Below, piece by piece: positions 1 through 13,890 of a stretch of 64,000 nt of DNA. The stretch spans positions 2,914,001 to 2,978,000 of the forward strand of contig CM120642.1 of NCBI GenBank assembly GCA_051362555.1. Reading direction: 5' to 3'. The notes under the pieces are model-generated. The model saw only the letters and a list, made by a program, of their open reading frames with translations, searched no databases and was not told the origin of the DNA. How positions within the stretch are numbered: position 1 is the first letter of the stretch; each line of letters opens with the position of its first letter. This DNA comes from Lingula anatina. Taxonomy: Eukaryota; Animalia; Brachiopoda. A program made the translations under genes and the position numbers.

Positions 1-58
1 ATGTGGGCGTTTGTAAGAAAAAGTACCAAGGCATTGAATAGAAAAGAAAAAGCCTCAC

Positions 59-3000
59 TCTGTTATTTTCCGTCTTTCCATAGGTAATTGTCGTTTTCAC
101 TCCTATTGTCTCTGCAACGCAAACGAAGTAAGACTCATACAGAGACGGATCTCCAAGACTCTTTGCGTTACTATGATCCACGAATTTCATCACCGTGGCA
201 CCCTTATAGATGGCGACACCGTCTGGGCTAATTTGAACGTAGTACCATGTCTCGTAGTCACGCGGAATGGCGGAGAACACCACAAAGATGTCGCCCATTG
301 ACACTGCGGTGAACGATATGCAGCTTCCACCGGCGACAATGGGGTTAAAACGATGTGCATTGGACCAGACCACGTTGCACGGGATAGTACCGACACCAAA
401 CTCATTCCTGTAAAGAAGCAAAAGTTGAAAGTTCACTTTACATTGTATACGACAGAGAAGGCTATGGAATTTTTCTTTGAATTTTGCTAATGCAATGAAA
501 AAAAACAAATGTCCATTATGCATACGTCATAAACTGACTAAAATGATTATCTCTTTTCATATAATTTCGACTAAAAGATGACTAGCAAAATGAAAGAACA
601 GGGAAATAATGTCTCTTTAACCTATTGGCAAAATTAAACAAAAGAGACCTAAACAGGATAATCTTTATCTAACATTTGCGGGATGCCATACTGCAAACTT
701 TTCTTTTCAACTATTAACGCTTTCTTAACGTCGAGCACTTGAGATATTACAGTGGCCTATCTAAAAAGTCTAACTCACTTATGTTGTTTAATCTCGTCCA
801 CCATTGACGGGTATTCCACACGGGCAACAGTAAGGCCGTTCAGTGCCTCTGGTAAATCTGGATGTTTAAGTCGTGACGCGTTGAAGTCGTCTTCTGTCAC
901 CGTCAACAGACCTGTCCTGTTGTTGTATGACATCACCAGTCCCCGAACTGAGATCTGTCAGGAAAAAAGACGTTAATGTACATTGTATAAAGCGAAGCAG
1001 ACGACACCAAAGAAAGATGTCGCAAAGCATAAGCCGTAAACCTTGCATATACCTACTCTGTACCAGAGGTCAGCTGAATGGTGACGTTAATTCTGTATAT
1101 ACAAATCATCGGTGGGCGCCACTTTTTAATTAGCCATCGTATTTGAAAGCAAATTTTACGGTATGAAAATAAATAATTAAGAAAGTGCGAAAAGAAAGTA
1201 CATCAAAAAGGAAAACAATAAGCCTACACTGCATTTTGCATAATATCCTTTTTTTATAAATCTGATTTTTTTTTTCGGCATAGTGGGAGCACTTTCCCCT
1301 GTATAACAATTTACTTACTTTTCTATTGTCTAGATCCCCGCTGCCGCCATTATTGGCCCCATCGTACAAGTGGGTAATGCCTGGACTGCTCTGGACGTAC
1401 CACTGCCGGGTACTAGAGCGATAGAACACAAGTAACGCCTCAGACGCACCTGCAGATAAAACAATTTTATTTACAATACATATCATAATCCAGAAAGGCA
1501 AATTTCGATGTATTACATGTGAGACGAGAAGACATCCATTTAGAATTGAGCAGAAAGTAAAAATCTTTTTAGAATTCTTTGTATTCAGAAGTATAACAAA
1601 GAACCCTCAGCCGATAACATCAATTTATCAACAAACCGTATCTTCACAGTGCCACAGACTCAAAACTCAACGCGAATTCTAAACTACGTCTTAAAGCTCA
1701 AAACATTAAAATAAATATAAAAAGCGTAAAAATTAAAATTATTTCCGAACCACCCTTTACATACATGTCTAGGGAGTGTTGTCCTGTGCACTCACCTACT
1801 ACACGCGCTAAATTAAAAGGCATGTCAAATATGACCCTGAACTTTGACCCGTCCGTCATGTGTTCCCACTGTGGAATTCTAATTTTCACACGTTTGTCCT
1901 CAAAAGACAGCCTGGAAGATTTACATCCTGCTCTGCCGGCTGGCAAGTCAATGTCGCTGCTGGGAATGACACCCTAAAATGTTCAAAAGATTGCATTTAG
2001 CACCCAATGTAAAAAGGTCAAGTTGCACTGGATTATGTAATCAGAAAAAAATACAGATCTAAAATTTGTACTTTAATTTCAAGAACCAACTATTCATAAA
2101 ATTGACTTGGTGTAGTCTTTCAAATTGAGGAAGTCAGAACAGACTAAATGCTATTTTTGTAAGCGTGTGTTTACTGATAATTTTCAATGAGAACTCTACT
2201 GTGTATTCACAGACTAATATTAATTTAAGAGTATCTGCAGTGCACGTGGTGGTGGCGGTGGCGGGGAAAAGGGGGGGGGGAGCTAGGAGCAAGCTCGACT
2301 CCATATCTTTAAACTGTGATTTAAGAATCTCTTACCTCCTCCATATAGACATTAATTCCCCTTTCCAGAGCCTTACACCTTCTCCTCATGCTGTCCTCCA
2401 GTTCCTGCTGGTTCTTAAAGTCACAGTACCGCTTCTCTACATTAATTGTGTTGTTGTTTTCATCGTAAGTTTCCCACACATAGTAAAGTCTGTTCGTTCC
2501 ATTCTCCGTTAGAAGAGTCCTTGAAAAATGAAATAACATTTCATTTGAAGTGGTTATAACCAGCATATACACGGAGATCTAAAACGCTTCAAATTAATTT
2601 TTAAAAGGTGCTCGTGGAGGTATTTATCAATAACGGTATGCGTTGTAATTTAACAAAAAATGCTTGTCACGGAATATTAAAATCCGCTCCATTTCAGGGT
2701 CATTCCAAATAACGACTTGACTCAAAGAGTCAAGTCGGTAACATACACATTTTGTACGATGTTAACATAAAAATCCAAAAGCATCTCACTTCAAATTTCA
2801 TCATAATGTATAGACATAGTAGGCTATACACCGCAGTGTGGTTTAAGGCACCCAAACTTACGTTCCTCCAAAGCACCCAAAGTCCACCTCCCCGACTGGG
2901 AACAACTGCTTGTAGTTGATATTGTGACAAATGTAGGTAATGGGCTCCATCTGGAACTCAAATGGCTTGGGATATCTGGGGATGGAGGCTAACCATTGAG

Positions 3001-5180
3001 ACAACTCGTGTTTAAATCCAGTGGTGTACATCTCACTGATGACGGCTGCTATGGCCTGGGAGCCGCCTTGGACCATCAGGACCTCGTTGGAGTACTGCTG
3101 CTGTGATCTGGAAGTACAGTTATCAGAAATAATGAATTATCACAGGTGATGTACATGTGTATAGGTGAGCGGCAAATTCATGTTATTTTTCGAAAAATGC
3201 GCTGGTTTCCATTTCTGTAGTGATTTTGTGTACCTTTCAACGTGTTCCTGCTTCAAACAGGACGTTGTAAAGTTACGTATCATTAACCATCCATAACATT
3301 TGTAATGCTTTGAAACAAATTAATCTTATACAATGAAAATTCGCGCTTGTTGTAAAATTTTGATCAGTAGCAATTAATTCACATATTTAATCGGTTAACT
3401 GTACTCGTATTATAATTGTTCACATTTATTTTGTACGTACAGGGACTGGCTTCCGCCTTTAGTTTCGTTGGATGACGATCCCTCGACTCCACCCCCTGCG
3501 GACACGCTCCCCTCCGCGGAACCCTCGGCCTTGTGGAATAGACTTCTAGATTTGAACTGCGCTGCAGCGGCCATGAACGTGCTAGAAAAATAGAAATATA
3601 ATTATTCAAGAGAAAAAACAAAGAAATGAAGAAATTCGTGGATAAATGGATGTGACTTGTGACTGATGTAGTGAGTGGACGAATGGGGAGCAGACAGTGG
3701 AGACACACACACACACGTATGTGCGCGCGCAAATACAATTGGGAAATATTATGCATAGAAAATTTAAGCAGTTTAAAAACAATGATCTATTACCTGAACA
3801 TGGCCTTGTAGTCATCCTGTGCCTTCTCAGCGAACTGTTCTATGCTTTGGTCCCTCACTCCTTCCTTGGTCTTGATCAACTTTAGTTGACCTCCAAATTT
3901 AGCAGCCTTAATGAAGTGTGTTCCCCATTTTATAATGAATTGTTCTGAAATATAAATTGGTCGCCGTATTTTTGCACACTTTGTATGGTGGTACATTTAG
4001 TCTATTTCCTCAACTTCATCAACTTATATAAACAAAAAATAAATATTAAATAACAACACAATATAATAATATACTTAACATAAACTTAAAAGAATATTTT
4101 GTGCGTCAAGTTTGGATTCATTTGAGAATATTCAAACTTACGAAATCTGAGAGGAGCGCCGGCGTAGAAATATGACTCCGGCAGATGGACGAAGTCATGC
4201 AAAAAATCCATATTGAGATCGTTGACGGAAACATCATCCAAAAATATTTCGTACCTAAAATCACAAATATGCACATATTTTACCAAAAGCTGCCTTAAAA
4301 CAAATAATTTGTCAAAGCATTTATGTCCGTTCTATTACATAAAACGACTGCGCTGTCATGGTTTCGAAGTACCTATCTGTAAATTTTCTTACAGCTAAAA
4401 ACTTTGGTTGAAAACAAAATGCATAAATATGCAGAATTTTTTATATGTTAGAATATACATGTATGTTTGACTAATGTGAGGGGCAAGGTACATTTCCATT
4501 CATAACAAACGAGTTACATCATTTTAAATTTACAAAGATTTTTAATCAACAGTAGGCCTATCTCAAAAAAGTCTTTCCACAAGTTTCGGCGTCTTTTACC
4601 TGATCACGTCAACCTCTAGCGTAGACAGGTAAGTCTGTTTAAAGCTTTCAGTCTGGTACCCGCTGGCTGAGGAAGAAAACGACGTCGACTGCCCCGACCC
4701 CGACGCGGAAGCTTGCATACTAGCTCCTCCTCCACCGCCAGCTAAACCTAGTACAGGCAAGAGAAAAGGACTTATCAAAATGCAAAGTAAACCAATAAAA
4801 TGACGAGGTATCTTTCAAGTTCTGCTGATGTAGTTTGTTATTTACCTATCACAGTTATCTCCATATTGCACGGGGTCAGGAAGAAAATCATTAGAAAAGA
4901 AAAAGTAAAAGAAATTCAAAGCATCAGATGAAAAAACACTCTTTTCATCATATCTAGGACTGTCAACGGTACATGCACATGATTTTCATCTAGAGATAAC
5001 TGAACTCGTTCACGTCACGGAGACCCGATTCCCCTGCCGGAACGACAGAATAGTTAAATGTCACAACGCCCTAGCGAGACACTTTCAGTTGAATGTGCAA
5101 CATGTAATATCAGTAGATGAAGCACATGCTCTTGCTCTCCCTCTCTCTCTCTCTCTCTCTCAAGCACGCACACATACCTA

Positions 5181-5230
<50 letters not shown>

Positions 5231-5546
5231 TAGGTATATATATATAACAGGATTGGATTTAATATCCTTTGATCCATCTCCTACAATTGGTAAAAAGGAC
5301 TAATGTTATAAATCTGAAATAATTATAATAAATGAAAGGTATTCATGATTTTTAAATCAGATTTTGTAATTGCAACCATTTTAAAAGTATCAAGTATGGG
5401 TTTTATATTTGATCTTCATCGTAAGATTGCTGTACTTGATCACCTCGTGATACTTGTGGCGGAACGATTGAATAACCGCAACCAGCGAGACAAACACTAG
5501 CTGTTATATCGCTACTGATTACAGTGATAGCTGTCAACAAAAATTT

Positions 5547-5585
<39 letters not shown>

Positions 5586-8469
5586 AATTAAATAGAAATA
5601 TGTTCTTTCATCCGGTGCTTATGATAGACAAAATGCGCTAATGTGAAAGTCGCAAGCAATTACATGTAGGGCCTGCCATATCAAAATACAGACACAGATG
5701 TGAGTGACATATGCTTATGGAGTCCTGGTTGTTTCTTTGCGTCCATTTCAAAAGCATGATTAATGGCGTTCGTATTTACATTTGATTTGGTGCAATGCAG
5801 GTAAGTTAAAAAACGAAAAACAAGTAATAATAATAATAATAATAACAATATCAGATGTGCAGATGCTAGCGTGAGATTCTTCACTATGTTTGCTTCCCAC
5901 GAAACGAACATTAATCATATTGGTCTATTAATGAACGGGCTATTTTTCACATGAAAAAAATCCCCACAACCTACCGAGAATTCCTGCTGAAGCGTGTCCC
6001 GTTGCCTTGGTAATGGCTTCGATAAACATGTATTTGGACTTGGCAACGGAGGCTTTCTCTTCCAGATACTCCTGATACTTGTGGATGGAGTTGAAGGACT
6101 GCGTTTTCACGTCAGTGTCATAGATACCCAGAACAGTCATGCTGTCAGGCACGGCTTTCCCTTTGTAACTGCAGATTTAAAAATGTATATTTATCAGTTG
6201 GAGTCACATTTAACTAGATGACACTAGAAACAAAGATTTGCGTAATTATTAGCGATATAGCACTAGAAAGACGGCACTACAAACTTGAGTTATATAATTA
6301 GTGCCACTGTAAGTATAATGAACAAAAATAAAGAAATGAACTTCAAATGTTTAAAAGAAAAATATGAATGGGAATTTCTTCTTTTTTGACCTATCAATAT
6401 GCTTTGGCGTGTGAACTATGTCAGAAATAACTGGGCGCGCATTTATTAGTTGACCGCTTGTATCTTGTTCAGTAAACACTTCACAAAACAAATTAATATT
6501 TCATTAATCTCACGTAAATGATACATATACAGTTTCTAACCGACAGCCTTGTGTTTTAAAAAATTCCCTAAAGTCTTGTTGACATACTCTGTAGCAACAT
6601 AATCTTGACTGAAAGGCGCATAACTTGACAAGCGCGCATTTAAATATCATACATCAGATGCGAGCGTTGTTGTAGAAGGGTTTTTACACTAGTTTTAAAA
6701 CATTACGGTTCTTGATACCGGTTACAGTGAACAGAAATATATGCAAACTATTTTCAATTTTTACAATTTCTGTCAGAGGCGATAATTTAGGCAAGAGACA
6801 TCTGGAAAATGACAAAGATAAAACTTACACTCCTCCTCTGTTGCAGACTCTCTGGATAATGGATTTCTTTCTGGATTCCGAGCTGTAGTCACCGCGTCCG
6901 TCAAAACCAACTCCGATAAAGTTAGAACTGTCAAGGATGTGCTAATCAAGAAAAAGAAAAGATGCAAATTTAATCATGATTTTGTTTTAAAAGTCAACAT
7001 GCTTATGATATTAAAGTTGGAAACCTGGTCAACTTTAACCAAAAATTTTACCAGCCTTTCGGTCAAGTTTTTTGGGCACTATTTCATGCAGCACTGTTCT
7101 TCTCTTCTTTATTTTATGGGGTATTCCAATAAAAATGTAAGAATAAATAAGTCTCAACACACACGGTGACCTTCGGGTAAATTTAAGTGACCGTTATCCA
7201 ATTTATTTCAACCTGATCATGACTCGCATGCTGAGCTACAGGTTGTCGTAGCTCAGCTGAACGCTAACCGTGTGCATAGCCGTTAACATTATGATTCACT
7301 CCCATTTGAAAAAAAAAAACATGCCCATAAAGCCTATTCACTTTACCTGGCACTTAGGCAGGAGTCGCTTGGCGGCGTAACAAGGATCGTTGACGGAGAA
7401 AGAGGGCTTGTAGCAACCATTCAGTAGAACGCTTCCAAGCCCTTTGTTAGCTTCAAATGCAGGACCGGGGTCTATCTCAGCATCTTCACTGTAAAAAAGA
7501 GATTAATATTCTTAAGTACTTTAAATTGGTGCTATGTTGTTATTTAGTGAATTGGTGAGCTTTGGTATTAAACTGCACAGTTTTTTTACTTTCGGCCCTT
7601 GTGAGTCAAACCATATTATAGAACTAAATACTAAAACTCGTGTGAGTTTTAAAATATAACTTTAAGCTAAATTGATTCGACAAATCCAGTCAAAAAATGA
7701 TGTCTTCGCTGTCGGCGAAAAAACAAATTGCAGAATTTGATGAAGTTAAAAGGACGCAAAGTTTCTGAAACCCCACACGAAAAAGCATAGAAAGTGTTGC
7801 CAATGTTTGCACTTACGGTTCTGGGGCCCATTCGGTCTTGATCTTGTATTCTGGAGGAGAGAACATTTCTCCATCATAGTTAAATCCTTTACTGGGAATA
7901 ACATCGACTGTGGCCTGCAAAAGAATATTAGTTGTAATATTTTTTCAATAGCGCGTTGATAAACGCATATACGAGAGTCACCGATATATTACATACGTTT
8001 GTGAAGATCTGAATGTTAATTTTTAATCACGAGAGAGTGAGAGAGAAAAGGAGAGAGTATAAAAGGAAGAAAAGAGGACAACTACTCTGACTCTTACCGA
8101 TCCTCCCATGAGAGAGTCATGCTTAGCGCTAATGTCCTTAGCAATAGCTTTCAACTCCGCTGTCAAATCCTCCCTCTTAGCGTCACTTTCATTTTGAAAT
8201 TTGCCCAAAAAGTCATTCAATTCCTGACTAATGTCATCCTTGTGATTTTTGTTCAAAATTTCATCAGTTATCTTTGTTATAAAATTGGAGATGAAGGAAT
8301 CCGTCAGGTTTCCGAACTTGCCGTCTTGGATGCCGCTCTGTATGCTCCCCAGAAGCTTGCTGCCGGCTAACTTTACTATCATACTGATGATGGTTGGATC
8401 AATAGCTGGAATGATGAAAAAGACTCAAAGTAGACAACATAGATTACCTAAGTCCAGCCGTTGTTCCAT
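59..8469 (-). CDS. MACPF (membrane attack complex/perforin) domain protein, multi-exon, 3' end beyond the window; carries an in-frame TGA at codon 15 (possible null allele/pseudogene)
   Basis: GT-AG exons joined in phase: 8098-8469, 7817-7914, 7347-7488, 6829-6941, 5975-6168, 4600-4747, 4142-4254, 3794-3944, 3441-3581, 2862-3107, 2336-2519, 1796-1973, 1319-1449, 779-954, ~59-407. Spliced product contains FIGVGFDGRG (MACPF N-terminal GxG[YF]D motif), the signature WGTHFIKAAKFGG ([YW]G[TS]H[FY]x6GG), two Gly/Ser-rich TMH-like segments, and VQGGSQ...WLASIPRYPKPFEFQMEPI. Confidence 0.85.
5139..5237. repeat. (CT)n and (TA)n microsatellites; the (TA)n is the centre of a perfect palindrome 5174-5237
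   Basis: atacctaatca(ta)n tgattaggtat read directly. Confidence 0.9.
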
Positions 8470-8759
8470 AAAGCTTTAAAAAATGACCGCTACGTTGAAA
8501 ATTAAATTTCTTATCACTTCCATTGAGTAAAGTAGTACTAAACTGTATTTATTTATTTGAATCAAAATAAATCATTGAAATAAAATTTAAGATGGACTGA
8601 AGGCTACGTACCCGCTGTATTCGTAACGAAAAAGAAACAGAGAACGGCATAAAGTAATGCCGCTCTCCCCGCGTATCTCCCAAGGTGCATTTTGTTGCTG
8701 CTGGTTCCAGTTTTACACCTGTTTATAGTTTCTTCGATTCTGATAAACACCCTCCAAAA

Positions 8760-9063
8760 ACGCCCCTTTATATACCCCTTTCTTTTTATTTCCGCCCCGT
8801 GTCGTAAAATGACGCGTTAATATACTTCCCCTTTCGGCGAATATCATTATAAAAGGCTTCATGCTTACTGCATTGTCCACAGGTAAGATTTATGGACAGG
8901 CGGAAGTAACGGTCCGCAGAGCACTTAAAAGATTTTGAAGGGCCAGAGTCTGCAAAGAAACCTTTCTTACATAAACCCCAGGGCTACATGTATTAATACA
9001 CCAATCATATTCTCAAAGCTGATTTAATAGCGATAAATAATTATCTTACGGCGGGACATTTCC
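8760..9063 (-). promoter_or_regulatory. Putative promoter of the MACPF gene (TATA box, GC box, kB-like site)
   Basis: TATATAAA on the minus strand near 8767-8774, ccgccc near 8792, GGGACATTTCC at 9053-9063. Motif matches only. Confidence 0.35.
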
Positions 9064-12000
9064 TTGTTTGTATCGAACCTGAAAATTGTAACTACAGATT
9101 GTATTGATATCGCGGTATTTCAATATATGCTGAGAATGTGGGTGCAAAACCTTCTCCTTTAGTTGTTACACTGTGGCCCAGGCGCTCCTCAATTGTTTCC
9201 CCTTAAGATGACAATGACATACTGCGGTTATTTGTTGACTTCTACCTTTACCCAGGAGAAAATAGACCTTCCGATCCGATTTCTTTTACCTGACAAACAC
9301 GTGGAATGTGTTTCGTCGCTTCTCTTCAGCTGCAAATAATTTTTTATTATATTATATATCCGGGCTGCTATTTGTTGACCTCTGTATTTTACATAAGCTA
9401 ATGTTGGCCTATGTTGTCTGATATCATAAAAAAGATAACTTTTGACCAGAAATTGTTATAACTAAATTATGTCATTTGTTTGCAAAAATTGGACACGTTA
9501 TTGCTTTTTGTGAACTATTTTCTTACTTTAAATGCAGGGTGAGAGAGATAACAAGAGAGTCTGATGACATTTGAATCATAATCGCATAAATCACATATGG
9601 GTGTTTGCGCTTGCGTGAGTTGCGCGTATGCGTGCGAATGCGTGCTTCTGTGTGGAGAGGTAGTACAAGAAGCTTTTGAAAACCCCTTCATTCTCAGTGA
9701 AGGAAAACTGTTTAAAATCCGGCAATCGGTCCCGTTTCTAATACTAATATACGAATAAAACGCCCTCACGAACCCGGAGAACTCAACAGTATTAATGTTA
9801 TCTTAAATTCACGAATTTTAAGCGCACAATCCAGATTCAAACATATTGTTGTTAAATTAGCTTAGTAAAAGAGTATATATAAGAAGTCGAAAACGCCCAG
9901 AAAAATTCCCTGAGATCAGCATTCATTTTGCGAATAGAAATATTTTCAATTGTGCGATGGACATTTCGATGAGCTCAGCCATTTCTCAGCAGGTATAAAT
10001 AGGTAATAATCAATATGCGGCAGAGCTTTATTTGGAGAACAAAAATAGCCATGATTCACCACCTACTACCTGTACCTGGGCAATTTTAGTGTCAACTTTC
10101 TTAAAACGCAGGGCAGGTATTCTTTCTGGGTTTGTTTGGTTGGTTGTAAAAATAAACCACCTCATTGCGTGCGTAAGCAAGAGTCGCTGCATTGACATCT
10201 GACCGGGCGTACGCCCACTATACACGAGACCACGGGCATGGCTACAATGACCAAAGAAAATACATTTTGACAGAGTCCAATAAAATGACTGCAACATACT
10301 TATATACAACATGGACAATTCTAACTAGAGCATCAAGAAAAATAAAATTTTCTTTGAACGGCGATATTAACAAATCAACAGGACACACATCTATAGGCGT
10401 AGGTGGGGCAGGTAAGAAAGGGTAAACCAGGAAGAAATACAACATAATATAAAGTCCATGACACCGCAGACGTTCGTTAATAGTTACGGACAAAACTACT
10501 TCAGGTTATTATAGAAAATCGGTGTTACTCATCTATTAATTCGGCATCTTTGTAATCCATCTGCGTGCGTCAGGTTTAATAGAAATAAGGAAGTTTTTGT
10601 TAATTTTACTATGTTAAGTTTGGAAAACACTTCTGTGCGTCATTTTCACTACAACAGAACAGACCTTGCTTTTGTTATTATATGATTATTTCCTTAAGCT
10701 TCAGTTTGTAAACAAGGCTTGGTAACAAATCGTCAATACCTATTCTACGCATAATGCGGACCTGTAACTATGGATTTTATTTATTTATTTATTTTGTTTA
10801 CAATCATTTACGGAAAATCCGTGTTTGGAGCCAAAAAGGGCGTTTATTTTGTATCAATAAATCACGTAATGTGACTGATCACTATCAAATAACTAAAAAA
10901 CACCATGTTAGAAGCAATAAAATTCCGTTAGTTTTTTAGAAAAACATCGAAACTCAAGGTCATAACCCAGAGCATTAAAACTCGCTTTGTCATATGCTTT
11001 GTATTTCAGTATTACCAAAACTAGTGAGACACCACTCGTGCTATATCCACGTATATAGTTCTGATATACAGGGTGAAGGGATCCACCAGAGCCTTAAAAT
11101 GTCGTTAAACAGACATAAAATCTGACATGGATCGAAATTCAAATTTTAGTGTTGAAAACGCGTTTGGATTCAGCTTTCTAATGTGTGAAGAAAATAAATC
11201 ATTTGAGCCTTAGAGAAAAATATTTTAATTAAAAATGTTTTAATTAAGTATTTTGCCACAATAATTGGATGCTTTATCGTCTAAAGGCAAAGTGTAGACG
11301 AGTTAGGTTTCAATTTTGGAAGGGAAAACGTGGAGGATCATTAGTGATTTTTATATCAACAGTTTTTAAAGTCATATAAATGCAGAGTGCCACCTGTAAT
11401 CCTCCATGATATCTTGGATTCCTTAATGATGAATTAGTTTAATACGTTATTATCAGCCATTGAAAATGGATTTTATGATTGAATTTTCCTCCTGAAAGGC
11501 TTTATATACGGCAGTTAAAGTTAACATTACATTTTTACGCAAGGTACTCCATTATCTTATATATCTAAAAACAAAAACGTAAGATTTATAGTTGTCCTTT
11601 TTTAAGTTTCTGCATCAAAACAAACAATAGCAGACACCGTGACTATCTACACTGTCGGAAGTTAAAAAACAGAGACAACTGATAGCATTTGATATTTTCC
11701 CTGGCTCAAATTTATCATTTTAATTATTAAAAAAAAATAAGCCTTTGAGAGGTGAGTGTTCCACCATAAATCAGAAGAAAAGAAAGGAACGCTTTTTCTC
11801 TAGTTTTTTAAATTTTTTAACTTAAAAGTTGTGTCGGCTAAAATTAGGGTTCTCAAAAATAACGTGCCAGGTTAAGTCAAGAAAAAATGATAAAATTAAT
11901 TTAAAAAAAACAATGTGATAAAAGATTTTAAAAAGACTTGTAGATAACCACTTTTTAAAGCTGTATGGGTGAACGTGATTATATACCATGTTTAAAATAA

Positions 12001-13468
12001 CTTAAAATTACTTTGTGGTTAGATGCATAACAAAGGACCTATTCACAAACTTGCGTTTGTCTCTAAGAGCAAAGATCGAAAACATAATATACATTTAAAC
12101 TAATGGATCAATATTTGTCAACGGTCCACCCTTTTTCCCTTCTGTATTTTGTGTCTGAGCCCTAACGGCGTGTTCTTAGTGAACAGTGTTGCGCCTCAAA
12201 ATTACTTACTTGTCCACGAAGTACGCCAGGTGCGTCTATCTCAATCTTGATTTCTTGGAGAGATAAACGTGGTTATAAGGATATAATCAATGCTACGACC
12301 TGATGACAACAACAGATTTCGAATACTACCGTTTGATAGGTACAAGGTTAAACGATTACAGATTAGATTTCTCTGAAAACCACAATTTGATTTAGTGGTC
12401 TTTATCATGTAAATGTCCCGTTACCACAACAGTTTCGTATAGGCATACACGCATTCTTTCGATAATTTTCAGTGTTTGCATATCGTAACTTTCAACTTTA
12501 AGATAAAATCACAATTTTTCACCACATTTTTGGAAGATACTCAAGTAAGAGTGTTGATAAAGTTGACCAGCTACCGTGTGATTTGCTATAATAATTAACA
12601 CCCTGGAAATCAATTCTAGTTTCAACATATGTAAATATCAGTATCTAACACTTGTAGACTAAGTGACATAAAATTTATAAAAATAAATTCACTTTTTTTA
12701 TGGGGAGGGGGGGGGGAGATCTTAAAGACAGAAGTACTAGTAATATTGATGTGCTGAATTTTCAGATCTTAAAATCATCTCGAATTGAATTTTTTTGAAT
12801 TTTTTTTTCTCAAACTGAAGCACAAAATAACTTTTTAAATTTTGCTAATTGTAAAAGTTGAAATGAACAGGAAATGCCTACGTATTGAAATGGGTTAGAA
12901 AGATGCAGCCTGTTACCTCGTGAAGTACGAATACGAGTACATTCTGGATCTGCCCATTATCAGATGTATTATTTCTGCTAAAGTTCAAAATTGCATTTCG
13001 CCTTTTTCCACACACCGTTTTATATGTGTACACCTTATACGATACTTATGATATTTCAGGATGCGAATCGAAAAGATTACATCTTTTCATTTTCCTCGAT
13101 CTTTAATTTAGATGGACACTATTTAGAGAATTTCTGTGTGTACAAGGCATGAAAACTAACATTCAAATTACACTAAATTTAAGAAAGACAAAGTATTAAA
13201 TTCCAACACCCCCCAAAATCAGTCTTCCCACATGTGAAAATAATCAGATATGCCCAAATTTATGACTGGCATGTTAAAAGGACAGACCTGTAACGGGTGT
13301 CATAAATCAAGCTTTCTTTACGTGGAAAATCGCATTTTTTACATTTTCTTCATCATTATTTTTTGATAGTTGTCCTGTTATAAATGATACATTAAAAATT
13401 CTTTGTTTTATACTTTGTATTGAGGGTGACCACCTCGTTCTGTGTTAAGAATAACCCACTTGGTATAA

Positions 13469-13890
13469 GTCCATTCCACTCTAGGGTTAAAAGGTGGAGC
13501 GAGTCCATTCCACTCTAGGGGTGATACGTGGGGAGAATCCATTTCATTCAAGGGGATGGCAGGTGGAGTAAGTCTATTTTATTCAAGGGGTGACACAGGG
13601 GCGGCTACGGGATTATTTGAAGGGGAGGTCCGTGGATGCAAAGCCGACCCGCTGAAGGGCCCCGAAGAAATTTGGTATTTCAGAGATTGAACGGTGCCAT
13701 TTGGTACGGTATAGTACTATTATTCAGCTGGTCAAAATTCTAATTTCAAGAGGGTACCATTGCTGTGATTTTTTTTTCAGAACTCAGAGGGAGTGGGGTG
13801 GGCAGGACCCCCCTGACACCCCACTAAATCCGCCACTGGAGACGTGTGAGGTGAGTAAATTCCACTCCATTCAAGATGATTGAGGTGGAG
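13469..13890. repeat. Degenerate ~35 bp tandem repeat (gtccattccactctagggg...ggtggag) interrupted by an insertion
   Basis: About four diverged copies 13469-13595 and one more after 13839. Confidence 0.6.
13596..13838. mobile_element. Non-autonomous DNA transposon / MITE remnant
   Basis: Ends CAGGGGCGG ... CCGCCACTG form an imperfect terminal inverted repeat, with GC-rich subterminal G/C runs; no clear TSD. Confidence 0.55.

Noticed and set aside
8425-8427. Selenocysteine recoding of the TGA
   Set aside because: Lies in a cleavable signal peptide with no redox motif; 3' UTR/SECIS is outside the window; a nonsense change is simpler
9500-13400. Short ORFs and possible transposon remnants in the intergenic region
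   Set aside because: No protein similarity recognised and no termini or TSDs could be defined by eye; needs RepeatMasker
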